This document shows positions 8,845 through 17,487 of a stretch of DNA of 64,000 nucleotides, in pieces. The notes beneath the pieces are model-generated. The model saw only the letters and a list, made by a program, of their open reading frames with translations, was not told where the DNA came from and made no database searches. Each line of letters starts with the position of its first letter. Within the stretch, counting starts at the first letter, position 1. Position numbers and translations under genes: made by a program. This stretch comes from Candidatus Rifleibacteriota bacterium (lineage in GTDB: Bacteria; Muiribacteriota; Ozemobacteria; Ozemobacterales; Ozemobacteraceae), in the NCBI GenBank assembly GCA_012517355.1, contig JAAYVD010000172.1:64081-128080 (forward strand). The letters are read 5' to 3'.

Positions 8845-10784
8845 GCGACGACGCCGTCGATATCCTGCCTCCCGAGGAGAGCCGGGAGCGCCGCGCCGGG
8901 GTCACCGCCCTCTGGCTGATGGCCCTGCTCATCGCCGGGCCTCTCTACCTCGGCTCGTTGGCCTGGTACGGCTTCGACCGCGTCTTCGCCCGCCTCGGCC
9001 TGATCCACGCCTCTCCCGATGCTGACGACCCCGACCACCCCCGCCTGCCGATCGTCCCCGTCCCTGACACCCTCCGGTTCGAGGACGCTTCGCACCTGCA
9101 GGCGATCCGTTCCCAGGAGGAATTCCTCAAGACCCTGCTGTTCACCTGCGAGGCCGACGAGCCCCTTCCCGCCGAACCCCTGCACTTCCGGCAGCGGACC
9201 ATGGAAATCTTCACCCCCTCCGCCATGCGGTCGGTCCGGACGAACCAGCCGGGCGGCGACGCCCCCGACTTCGCGCTCGACGAAGACCCCCTGTGGGTCG
9301 GGCTGCCGCAACGGACCTGCCTGCTGCGCTTTTTCCGGAACAGCGACGGGGTCCTGGCCTACCCTCCCGTCCTTCGACGGCTGGCCGGGCCCCAGGAGTT
9401 CCTGCCGGCGCGCGACGGCTCGGTCTCCTTCCCCGGCACCATCGCCGTCGGCGACGAGTATGAGGTGGCCTGGCTGCCCCAGCCCGAGTTCGGCCCCGGC
9501 CACCGGATCCCCGCCCTCGACAAGGACAACATCTACCTGGACCTGGGGCCCCTGGTCCGCGAGCAGCTGGACGCGGTGGCCAGCCAGGCCGCCCTCCACG
9601 GCCTGCCCAAGCCCGTGGCGGTACGGGCGATCCGCGATTTCCTCGAGCGGGAGTTCGTCTATTCCCTCAAGATCAGCCCGCCGCCGCCCGACATCCACCC
9701 GGTGCTCGATTTCCTGACGCGCACGAAGACGGGGCACTGCCAGCACATCGCCGGCTCGTTCGTCGCCCTCGCCCGCTTCTGCGGGATCGGCGCGCGCGTG
9801 GCGACGGGGTATCTGGAAAGCCGTCGCGACGCCAGCGGCACACGCGTGTTCGTCCTGGGCGACGTCGGGCATGCCTGGCCGGAGGTGCTGACCGACCGCG
9901 GCTGGGTGGTCTGCGATCCCAGCGTCCGGCCCCTCCAGCGGGAACGCGGCCCGGCCCCGGCCTTCGCCTTGCCCGACGAACGGCAGCTGCAGCGCCGCCT
10001 GGCCGCCGGCGTCCGCCAGAATCGCGGGGAACCGCCGCGGGAAGACGAGGAGACCCCCGATTCCCGGTTCGGCGACGGGGCGCGCCGGCAGGCTTCCGAC
10101 CGCTGGCCCGCCCTGGTCCGTGATGGTTTGGTGATGCGGCCGGACGCGCCCGGCACCGTCCAGGCCGACCGCGAACGGCAACGCGCCTACGAGGAGGCCG
10201 AACGGGCGAAGGCCGACGCGGCGGCGGCGAAGGAATGGTGGCGCTGGCTGGGATGGCTGCTGCTGGCCGTGACCGCCACCGTGCTCGTCGTCGGGGCCTG
10301 GAAGACGGGCCTGGTGACGCTGGTCACGGCCAAGGTCCTCCGCTTCCTGCTGCGACTCGTGCGCCTGCTCCTCTTCGGACCGGAACCCGAGGGCCCCGCG
10401 GCGCGCGGCTATGACCCCGCCCGCCTTGGCCGCCTGTATGAGGAGCTGCAGCGGCCCGCCGGCCCCGATTTCCACGCCAAGGACCTGGTGCGGCTGTTCA
10501 ACGAGTTCCTGCGGCTGATGGCCGAGGTGGCCGGCCAGCCGCGCCTGTCTTCGGAAACCGCCGCCGAGTATCTGGCCCGGGTTCGGGCCTCGCACGAGCT
10601 GCCCGAGCGGGAATGCGCGGCCGTGGTGACGGCGTTCGGCGCGGCGTTGTACGGGAGGAAGAGCGTGCCGCGCGAGTCGGTGCGCGTGTTCCGGGAGAGC
10701 CTGCGGGTGCTGCTGCAGCACATGCTGGCGCGGCAGGCCCCCGACTATTCCACGACGGCGCCCGCCGCGCCGCGGGAGGGGTGA
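8841..10784 (+). CDS. transglutaminase-like (Cys-His-Asp) domain protein with C-terminal DUF4129-like region
   Basis: ATG 8841 overlaps DUF58 stop (ATGA); core TKTGHCQHIAGSFVALARFCGIGARVATGY ... GHAWPEV ... VCDPS; C-terminal TM plus DUF4129-like segment. Confidence 0.85.
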   Translation: MSDDAVDILPPEESRERRAGVTALWLMALLIAGPLYLGSLAWYGFDRVFARLGLIHASPDADDPDHPRLPIVPVPDTLRFEDASHLQAIRSQEEFLKTLLFTCEADEPLPAEPLHFRQRTMEIFTPSAMRSVRTNQPGGDAPDFALDEDPLWVGLPQRTCLLRFFRNSDGVLAYPPVLRRLAGPQEFLPARDGSVSFPGTIAVGDEYEVAWLPQPEFGPGHRIPALDKDNIYLDLGPLVREQLDAVASQAALHGLPKPVAVRAIRDFLEREFVYSLKISPPPPDIHPVLDFLTRTKTGHCQHIAGSFVALARFCGIGARVATGYLESRRDASGTRVFVLGDVGHAWPEVLTDRGWVVCDPSVRPLQRERGPAPAFALPDERQLQRRLAAGVRQNRGEPPREDEETPDSRFGDGARRQASDRWPALVRDGLVMRPDAPGTVQADRERQRAYEEAERAKADAAAAKEWWRWLGWLLLAVTATVLVVGAWKTGLVTLVTAKVLRFLLRLVRLLLFGPEPEGPAARGYDPARLGRLYEELQRPAGPDFHAKDLVRLFNEFLRLMAEVAGQPRLSSETAAEYLARVRASHELPERECAAVVTAFGAALYGRKSVPRESVRVFRESLRVLLQHMLARQAPDYSTTAPAAPREG

Positions 10785-10795
10785 GAGGCACGGAC

Positions 10796-11194
10796 ATGGA
10801 AAAGTGGTTCTTCGAGACGGTGGGCTTCCTGATCAGCCTGTTCGGCACGGTGGTGGTCTTCTGGGGCGTGGCCGAGGCGTTCCTCGGGTTCCTGCGCACC
10901 AAGCTGAAGCTGGCCGGGGAGGAGGCGACCGAAGCGCTGGCGGCCATCCGGCGCCGTCTGGGAGCGCACCTGCTGCTGGGCCTGGAGGTCTTCATCGCCG
11001 AGGACATCATCAACTCGGTGATCCGCCCGAGCTGGGAAAAGGTCGGCATGCTGGGGGCCATCGTGGTCATCCGCACCGTGCTCAGCCACTTCCTGCACCG
11101 CGAACTGGCCGAGGAGGAGCATGGGAAGACCGTCCGGAGCGTGGATGCCGACAAGCCCTGGCCGGCCGGAACCTCTGTGGGGAAGGGGGAGTGA
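10796..11194 (+). CDS. DUF1622 domain-containing membrane protein
   Basis: MEKWFFETVGFLISLFGTVVVFWGVAEAFLGFLR... two TM helices, typical DUF1622; GGGAGGGG RBS. Confidence 0.7.
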   Translation: MEKWFFETVGFLISLFGTVVVFWGVAEAFLGFLRTKLKLAGEEATEALAAIRRRLGAHLLLGLEVFIAEDIINSVIRPSWEKVGMLGAIVVIRTVLSHFLHRELAEEEHGKTVRSVDADKPWPAGTSVGKGE

Positions 11195-11196
11195 AC

Positions 11197-11703
11197 ATGC
11201 ATCGGATGTTGGCGATCGGGGTTGTCGTCGTCCTGGTCTCGGCGATGGTGGTGCCGGTGGTTGCCGACGCCACGGCCGCGGACGGCCGACCCTTCGCGCC
11301 CTTCCTCGGGGAATGGCGTGGGGTGGCCAAAGCCCTCAACCGGCACGTCCTGGACCCCCTCATCCCCTTCTGCCTCACGGTCGAGCCCGCCGGCACCTTT
11401 TCCGGGAGGATCGGCCCCATGAAGATCCTCTCGGGGCACGTCGTCGAAGGGAAGGCCGCCCCCGCCCACCTCGCCAGGAGGGGCGGACACATTCTCGCCC
11501 TGGAGGTGGAAGGGCAGGTGACCCCGGCCTGGCCCATCGAGCGGTTCCCGTATGTTCTCTGGGTGAGCCGTCTGCAGGGGGCGGTCGAGGGGGAGATCAT
11601 CGGGAAGGGAATCGATTCCCGCCTCGGTGTTCCCGATACCGTGACCTACCGCATCCTGTCCTGGGACAGGTTCATTTCTGGAAACCCGCCGAGGAATCGA
11701 TGA
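11197..11703 (+). CDS. hypothetical secreted protein
   Basis: ATG 11197 three nt after DUF1622 stop; signal peptide MHRMLAIGVVVVLVSAMVVPVVADA; GAAGGGGGAG RBS. Confidence 0.6.
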   Translation: MHRMLAIGVVVVLVSAMVVPVVADATAADGRPFAPFLGEWRGVAKALNRHVLDPLIPFCLTVEPAGTFSGRIGPMKILSGHVVEGKAAPAHLARRGGHILALEVEGQVTPAWPIERFPYVLWVSRLQGAVEGEIIGKGIDSRLGVPDTVTYRILSWDRFISGNPPRNR

Positions 11704-12240
11704 GATTGTCGCAACCCGTTGACCAAGGCCATTCGAAACGAGGTCCGCCAGACCACCTGGCCGCCATTGGTGGCGTGACGAACCTCCCGTTTCACGCTCC
11801 GCCTGGGGACCGACCGCCACGAAATCGGGCAGACCTCCTTTCCGGCATGGATGGAGGGGTGAACCGTCCGGTGTCCGGGTGGTCGGTGGGCCGGCCGGCC
11901 CCAGGCCGGAAGGAACCTCTGTCCCCCAAAGAGGGCGGCGCGCAACACCTGTTTCGCGGATCGCGCCTGGGTCGTCTGTCGGTTCTCCTCGGGCTCTTCA
12001 TCTTGACCGTGGGGTTGGGAATGGCCCGGGTGCTGCCGGACGGGGGCGCCGTCCTGGAGAAGACCATCTTTCGTCAATGTCGCGAATCCGCAAGAGTTCA
12101 TTGAGCTCCATCCGGACGGCGGATTTCTTGTCCACCGGGGGGGCATGACCGGTCTGGGCGATACACGGTTTCCGGCAAGACAGAATCCAGAACTGGCGGG
12201 AGGCGGGGTTGCCCTACCCATCGGCAGTGACCGGGATCAT

Positions 12241-12420
12241 GCTTTCCATAAGAAAGCAATGATCCGCATTAAGGCTTGCCGAAGGGGCTTTGCCCCTTCA
12301 CCCCACCAGGGCCGATGGCCCTGGACCCTTTCTGCTGGCGAGGTGAACGCTGATGCATTCACCTCGCGGAAGCTCCGCTTCGCGGTTCGTTAGCCCTGGA
12401 CCGGACGGTAGAAAAAAAGA
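12241..12420 (-). repeat. structured ~165-nt intergenic repeat, family A copy 1 (inverted relative to copy 2 at 49237..49420)
   Basis: Reverse complement aligns at ~90% identity with 49237..49420 (tctaccgtccggtccagggctaacg...agggtccagggccatcggccctggtgg...ggcaaagccccttcggcaagcc...atgcggatcattgct); contains perfect hairpins (ccagggcc-atc-ggccctgg; gaggtgaa-N10-ttcacctc). Confidence 0.8.
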
Positions 12421-12506
12421 CCCTCTTGGAAAAGAAGCTCGGCATTCTGGGCAAAGACGATTTCGGAAAAGTCACGGAAAACCTGAGGAAAACCCTGGAA
12501 TCATGA

Positions 12507-12540
12507 GCCAAAACCGCCCCTCCGGGGGGGAGGGGCGGTC
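12507..12540 (-). terminator. rho-independent terminator downstream of serC
   Basis: Minus strand: ccgcccctc-ccccccg-gaggggcgg followed by TTTTGG, about 55 nt after serC stop. Confidence 0.5.
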
Positions 12541-12596
12541 GGATGGGGCAGCGACGGGCGGGCCGGGGAGCCGGCCCGCGCCGGGAAGCGGTCAGC

Positions 12597-13682
12597 TCAG
12601 CGGTTGGCCTTGGCGAAGTCGTCCATCAGCTTGGCGAGGGCGCGGGCGCCGTCGACCGGCATGGCGTTGTAGACCGAGGCGCGGCAGCCGCCGACGCTGC
12701 GGTGGCCCTTCAGGCCGTCGAGTTTCTGCTTCTTCGCTTCCTCGAGGAACTTGGCCTCGAGTTCCTCGGTCTTCATCCGGAAGACGATGTTCATCTTCGA
12801 CTGGCAGGCCTTCGGCACCGGGCAGGTGTAGAAGCCGTTGGAGCGGGCGATCGCGTCGTAGATGATGCCCGACCGCTCGGCCGCGAGCTTCTCGGCCGCC
12901 GGCAGGCCGCCGATGCCCTTCAGCCATTCCATGGTGAGCTTGATCGCCCAGATGGTGAAGACCGGGGGGGTGTTGTACATCGAGTTCTCTTTGACGTGGA
13001 GCCGGAAGTCGAGATAGTTGATGATGCTCTCCGGGCACTTCTTCAGCAGGTCCTCGCGCATGATCACGATGCAGGCGCCGGCGGGGCCGGCGTTCTTCTG
13101 GGCGCCGGCGTAGATCAGGGCGAACTTCTCGACCGGCACGCGGCGGCTCATGAAGTCGGAGGACATGTCACAGAACAGCGGCACGTTGCCGACGTCCGGC
13201 CAGTCCTGCCACTGAACCCCGCCGATCGTCTCGTTCGAGGTCATGTGGAAGTAGGCCGCGTCGGGGCTGGCCTTCAGGCTCTTGGGGTCGGGCAGGTTCA
13301 GATAGTTGTCGGCCTTGCCGTCCCAGACCACGTTGACCTTGCCCACCTTCTTGGCATCCTCGATGGCCTTCTTGGCCCAGGCCCCGGTGTTGGTGTAATC
13401 GGCGGACTTGCCGCCCCACAAAAAGTTCATCGGGATCATGCCGAACTGCAGCGTGGCGCCACCGCCCAGGATCAGCACCTTGTGGGTGTCGGGAACCCCG
13501 AGCAATTCCTTGATGAGGGCGAGGCACTGGTTGTGCATCTCGTCGACCACCTTGCCGCGGTGGCTCATCTCGATGAGGGACATCCCCTTCCCCTGGAAAT
13601 CGACGATCTCGTCGCGGATCTTCTCGAGGACGGGGACGGGCAGGATGGACGGTCCTGCGCTGAAGTTGAAGATGCGGGCCAT
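12597..13682 (-). CDS. serC: 3-phosphoserine/phosphohydroxythreonine aminotransferase
   Basis: Full-length SerC match (MARIFNFSAGPSILP..., PLP-lysine region GGAQKNAGPAG). Confidence 0.95.
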   Translation of the reverse strand: MARIFNFSAGPSILPVPVLEKIRDEIVDFQGKGMSLIEMSHRGKVVDEMHNQCLALIKELLGVPDTHKVLILGGGATLQFGMIPMNFLWGGKSADYTNTGAWAKKAIEDAKKVGKVNVVWDGKADNYLNLPDPKSLKASPDAAYFHMTSNETIGGVQWQDWPDVGNVPLFCDMSSDFMSRRVPVEKFALIYAGAQKNAGPAGACIVIMREDLLKKCPESIINYLDFRLHVKENSMYNTPPVFTIWAIKLTMEWLKGIGGLPAAEKLAAERSGIIYDAIARSNGFYTCPVPKACQSKMNIVFRMKTEELEAKFLEEAKKQKLDGLKGHRSVGGCRASVYNAMPVDGARALAKLMDDFAKANR

Positions 13683-13765
13683 GGAATTCTCCTTTTCCGA
13701 TGTTTTGGTGGAAGCGCCCCCCGGCGCCCCGGCCGGAGCGGAGCGGGGGGCGGGAACGGACTCGG

Positions 13766-14686
13766 TCAGCGGGTGAGCTGGGAAATGACGATCTCGGCGA
13801 CGTCCTTGCCGGCGCGGGACTGCCCCTCGTCGGTCGAAGCGCCCAGGTGCGGCAGGGCGATCACGTTCTGGTGCTTGACCAGATCGTGGTTCGCGGTGGG
13901 TTCCTTCTCCCAGACGTCGATGCCGGCCGCGGCCACGGTGCCGTCGTTGAGGGCGGCCAGCAGGGCCTTCTCGTCGACGGTGCCGCCGCGGGCGCAGTTG
14001 ACCAGGAAGGCCCCCTTCTTCATCTGCTTGAACTGGGCTTCGCCGAGGGTGGGGCCGGCCGCCTTGTCGAAGGGGATGTGCAGGCTGACGAAGTCGCTCT
14101 GCTTCAGCAGCTCTTCCATGGAGACCATCTTCACGAAAGGAAGGGGGCTCTGCTTGATGACGGCGTCGTAGGCGAACACCTTCATCCCGAAGGCCTGGGC
14201 GCGGGTGGCCACCGCCTGCCCGATGCGGCCGATGCCGATCAGGCCAAGGGTCTTCTCATACAGCTCGCTTCCCTGGAAGGACTTCTTGTCCCACTCGCCG
14301 TTCTTCATCGAGATGTTGGCCCGGCCCACCTTGCGGGCGAGGGCGAGCATCAGGCCGAAGGCCAGCTCGGCCACCGAGATGGTGGTGCAGGAGGGGGTGT
14401 TGGCGACCTTGATGTTCCGCTCCTTGGCGGCCACCTGGTCGACGTTGTCCAGGCCGACGCCGGCCCGGGCGATCAGCTTGAGGTCCTTGCCGGCCTCGAT
14501 GACGGCACGGGTGACCTTGGTGGCCGAACGCACCACGATGGCGTGGTAGCCGGGAATCTCCTTCAGCAGCTCCTCGGGGGTCAGCTTGTTCTTGTAGGCG
14601 ACCTCGAGGGCGGGGTGCTTTTTCAGCATCTCCACGGCCTGGGCGTCGAGGGAGTCGGCGATGAGAACCTTGGCTTTCTCTGGCAT
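13766..14686 (-). CDS. serA: D-3-phosphoglycerate dehydrogenase (short form, no ACT domain)
   Basis: 2-hydroxyacid dehydrogenase family, NAD motif GLIGIGRIGQAVA, catalytic HLGAST; adjacent to serC. Confidence 0.9.
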   Translation of the reverse strand: MPEKAKVLIADSLDAQAVEMLKKHPALEVAYKNKLTPEELLKEIPGYHAIVVRSATKVTRAVIEAGKDLKLIARAGVGLDNVDQVAAKERNIKVANTPSCTTISVAELAFGLMLALARKVGRANISMKNGEWDKKSFQGSELYEKTLGLIGIGRIGQAVATRAQAFGMKVFAYDAVIKQSPLPFVKMVSMEELLKQSDFVSLHIPFDKAAGPTLGEAQFKQMKKGAFLVNCARGGTVDEKALLAALNDGTVAAAGIDVWEKEPTANHDLVKHQNVIALPHLGASTDEGQSRAGKDVAEIVISQLTR

Positions 14687-14874
14687 GGAACAGGGCTCCT
14701 TTCCTTGTTGATGGTGGAATTCTCAACCGCACGCCCACCCTAGCACCCCCCCCGGTCCGTGTCAACCCGCGTTGGGTGCTGATGCCGGCCTGGCCGATAT
14801 TCCCGCCCATCCTTGGGCTTTTCGTCCCGAGGCGACCGGCCCGAGGCCGGATGGGCCCCGCCCCCGTCACGGCG

Positions 14875-15060
14875 GGCGGCGCGAAACGCCCGTTTCGCGC
14901 ATCGCAAAGGGGCCGACCGACACGATGTCGGAAGTGCCCCTTTGCCGCCACGGATGGCGGCGCGAAACGCCCGTTTCGCGCATCGCAAAGGGGCCGACCG
15001 ACACGATGTCGGAAGTGCCCCTTTGCCGCCACGGATGGCGGCGCGAAACGCCCGCCTGGC
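14875..15060. repeat. 81-bp tandem repeat (2.3 copies), each unit carrying two perfect hairpins (family B)
   Basis: Unit ggcggcgcgaaacgcccgtttcgcgcatcgcaaaggggccgaccgacacgatgtcggaagtgcccctttgccgccacggat; unit starts at 14875, 14956, 15037; hairpins gcgcgaaacg/cgtttcgcgc and gcaaaggggc-N20-gcccctttgc; lies in the divergent serA / 15149 intergenic region. Confidence 0.85.
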
Positions 15061-15148
15061 GAGCCGCAGCGGGATCGACCGACCGATCTTCTTGAGTGGC
15101 AGGGGGTGCCGTGGTATCCTGGCGGAAGTTCGATGGAGGGAAGATGCC

Positions 15149-16291
15149 ATGAACGTGCGTTCCCGTTGCTTCCTGATGCTGGCCGTCTGTGTCGGCCTGC
15201 TTTTCCTGTCGGCCCTGCCCGTCCCGGCCCAGGATGAAGACGAATCGCTGCAGGATGCCCGCCTGCTGTTCAAGTCCGCGCTAGACCTGAAAAAGCAGGG
15301 GAAACTCACCGAGGCCGCGCAGACCTACGAGAAGGCCGTCCGGAAGAACCGGGCCATCCTGGGCGAGGACGACGAAGGGCTCATCGCCGAGCTGCAGAAG
15401 GTCTACGAGAGCCGGCTCGCCAGCGCCCCCGATGACATCAAGTCCCTCGAGGGGATGGGCTTTCTGCATGCCGTCTGTCATTCCGACTTCCCCAAGGCCC
15501 TGACCTATTACGAGAAGGTCATCCAGTTGTCTCCCGACGAAGGCGTCCGCGAGCGCACCACCTTCCTCGTCGAACGGCTGCGCGCCATGGGCGACCAGGC
15601 CTCCAAGGTCCAGGAAGACATGGCCACCAACCAGCGCGACGAGCGCCTGAAGGAATGGGCCGAGATGGAGAAGCAGGACGCCCTCGCCGCCCAGACCGCC
15701 CAGGAACAGAAAGAGGCGGCCACCATCGGCGCCCTCGGCAAGACGAAGGAAGACCTCGAGGCCCGCATCCCCCAGATGGAAGACGAACTCAAGGCCCTCG
15801 ACGAGGAATACAAAAAGGCCAACCGCCTCTGGTACACCCTGAAAGATGACCGCTACGACCGCAAGCGCGACCGCCTCGAGAAGGAGATCGAGCAGAAGAA
15901 GCAGGCCCTCGAGGAAGCCAAGGACAAGCTCGAGGATGCCACCAGCAAGCTCGATGCCTACGATGCCGCCCAGGAGAAGAAGAACACTACCAAGCCCGCC
16001 ACGGGCGGCGGTTCCCCCGCCACCCCCGACGCGGGCACCCCGCCTGACGGCCAACCCGTCCCTCCCGACGGGAATCCGCCGACCATTGCCCCGGGCGACC
16101 CGGGTGCGCCGCCGCCCGACCAGCCGGGTGATCAAACCCCCCTTTCGCCCGCCGACCAGCCGCTCACCCCGATCCAGCCCACCCTTCCGGATGCGCCGGC
16201 CCCCGACACCGACCCCGCCCTTCCGCCCCTCGACGAAGGTTCCGCGCCCCCCGCCGACGGAGCAGCCCCCCCATCCGACGCAGGAGAATGA
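15149..16291 (+). CDS. secreted coiled-coil protein with Pro-rich C-terminus
   Basis: ATG 15149 with GGAGGG RBS 8 nt upstream; signal peptide MNVRSRCFLMLAVCVGLLFLSALPVPAQ; KE-rich coiled coil; PxDxP-rich tail. Confidence 0.7.
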   Translation: MNVRSRCFLMLAVCVGLLFLSALPVPAQDEDESLQDARLLFKSALDLKKQGKLTEAAQTYEKAVRKNRAILGEDDEGLIAELQKVYESRLASAPDDIKSLEGMGFLHAVCHSDFPKALTYYEKVIQLSPDEGVRERTTFLVERLRAMGDQASKVQEDMATNQRDERLKEWAEMEKQDALAAQTAQEQKEAATIGALGKTKEDLEARIPQMEDELKALDEEYKKANRLWYTLKDDRYDRKRDRLEKEIEQKKQALEEAKDKLEDATSKLDAYDAAQEKKNTTKPATGGGSPATPDAGTPPDGQPVPPDGNPPTIAPGDPGAPPPDQPGDQTPLSPADQPLTPIQPTLPDAPAPDTDPALPPLDEGSAPPADGAAPPSDAGE

Positions 16292-16317
16292 CCCTCCGGA
16301 CACCCGTCTGATCCACC

Positions 16318-16740
16318 TCCTCCTTCTCTCATTCCCCCATCGTTCCTGCCGTCGCCGACCCAACCGGCGACTCCCTTCGCCATTTCCCCCTCTTCCCCCC
16401 TTCCCCTGCCGTTCTCAAAGTTTCCGTCGCTCACGGTTTTTCTGACTCTCCCGCCTCTTCTCTCCCCCTCCTCCTCCGCCTCTCCTTCCCCGATCGCCCT
16501 CCATCGCCGATTCAGCCGGCGATTCCCTTCGCCATTTCCCCCTCTTCCCCCCTTCCCCTGCCGTTCTCGAGGTTTCAATCGTTCGCAGTTTGCCTGACTC
16601 TCCTGCCTTTCGCTTGCCTCAACTTCACCTTCTCTCCTCCCCCCACCGATCCTGCCGTCGCCCACCCAACCGGCGACTCCCTTCGCATCACCTCTTCATT
16701 CTCCTGTCCCTTTCAAGGGTTCAACCGATGGGCGGAAGTC
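16318..16740 (+). repeat. CT-rich ~150-bp tandem repeat, ~2.7 copies (family C)
   Basis: Repeated ccaaccggcgactcccttcgccatttccccctcttccccccttcccctgccgttctc[ga]a[ga]gtttc... at ~16362, ~16509, ~16664; >80% pyrimidine on plus strand. Confidence 0.8.
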
Positions 16741-16851
16741 TCTTCTCTGCCGGTCGTTCTCCCCTCTCTTGGCTCGTGGTGAGGGCCGGAAAAGACGAAA
16801 CCCGCGCCCGGCCTCAGCCAGGAGCGGGTCTCTGCCGCGCGGGAACCGGGA

Positions 16852-17022
16852 TTACAGGCTCAGAGCCTCCACCGGGCACACCGACACGCAGGCGCCGCAC
16901 TCGATGCAGCCGTCGCCTTTGTAGTTGGCCTTGCCGTCTTTCATTTCCAGCACTTCGACCGGGCAGGTCCCGATGCAGGCCCCACAACCCGTGCACTTGT
17001 TCTTGTCGACCTTGATCGCCAT
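16852..17022 (-). CDS. 2x[4Fe-4S] ferredoxin (56 aa)
   Basis: MAIKVDKNKCTGCGACIGTCPVEVLEMKDGKANYKGDGCIECGACVSVCPVEALSL; two CxxCxxCxxxCP motifs; GGAGGA RBS; below ORF-track size cutoff. Confidence 0.75.
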   Translation of the reverse strand: MAIKVDKNKCTGCGACIGTCPVEVLEMKDGKANYKGDGCIECGACVSVCPVEALSL

Positions 17023-17487
17023 TGGTGATTCCTCCAGATGGATTTGCAGACTGCCACGTAGGCGGAAAGACGCGCCATACTACAGTACCATCCGGGAAAA
17101 GTAAAGCGGGCTCCCCCCATCGCTTCCGGACGGTCTCTTGGCGCTTCGCCAGACGGGCGTCCCACGCCGTCGGCCGTGGCGGCAAAGGGGAACCTTCCGA
17201 CAGCCTTCCGACAGCCTTCCGACAGCTGCCGGTCGCCCTGCTTGCCGCGCTCAAAAAGCGGGCTTCGCCTTGCCCGCCGGATCTCTTCGGAGGCCCTTTC
17301 CGTCATCGCGCCGGTCGGCCGCCGTCCCTCCCCGCCCGGAAAACCCCTGCCGGAGGTTTCCAACGCCAGGCCAGGGTTTCGCCCCTGCAATCGGATGGCG
17401 GGGTCGGCACGATTGTGGTAGTATTCCCCACCTTCGCCCCGGGGGAGGAGGCTCCCCCAACATCGAGATCGGGAGGGAATGCCTGGT

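Noticed and set aside
11885-11925. SRP (4.5S) RNA-like motif CCAGGCCGGAAGGAACC
   Set aside because: Only partial resemblance to the domain IV consensus (lacks GUC before CCGGAAGG and the AGCAGC strand); no flanking helix.
14813-15148. N-terminal extension of the coiled-coil gene encoding repeated peptide ARNARFAHRKGADRHDVGSAPLPPRM
   Set aside because: The repeated peptide simply reflects the 81-bp DNA tandem repeat (81 is a multiple of 3). A proper signal peptide and RBS occur at the internal ATG 15149.
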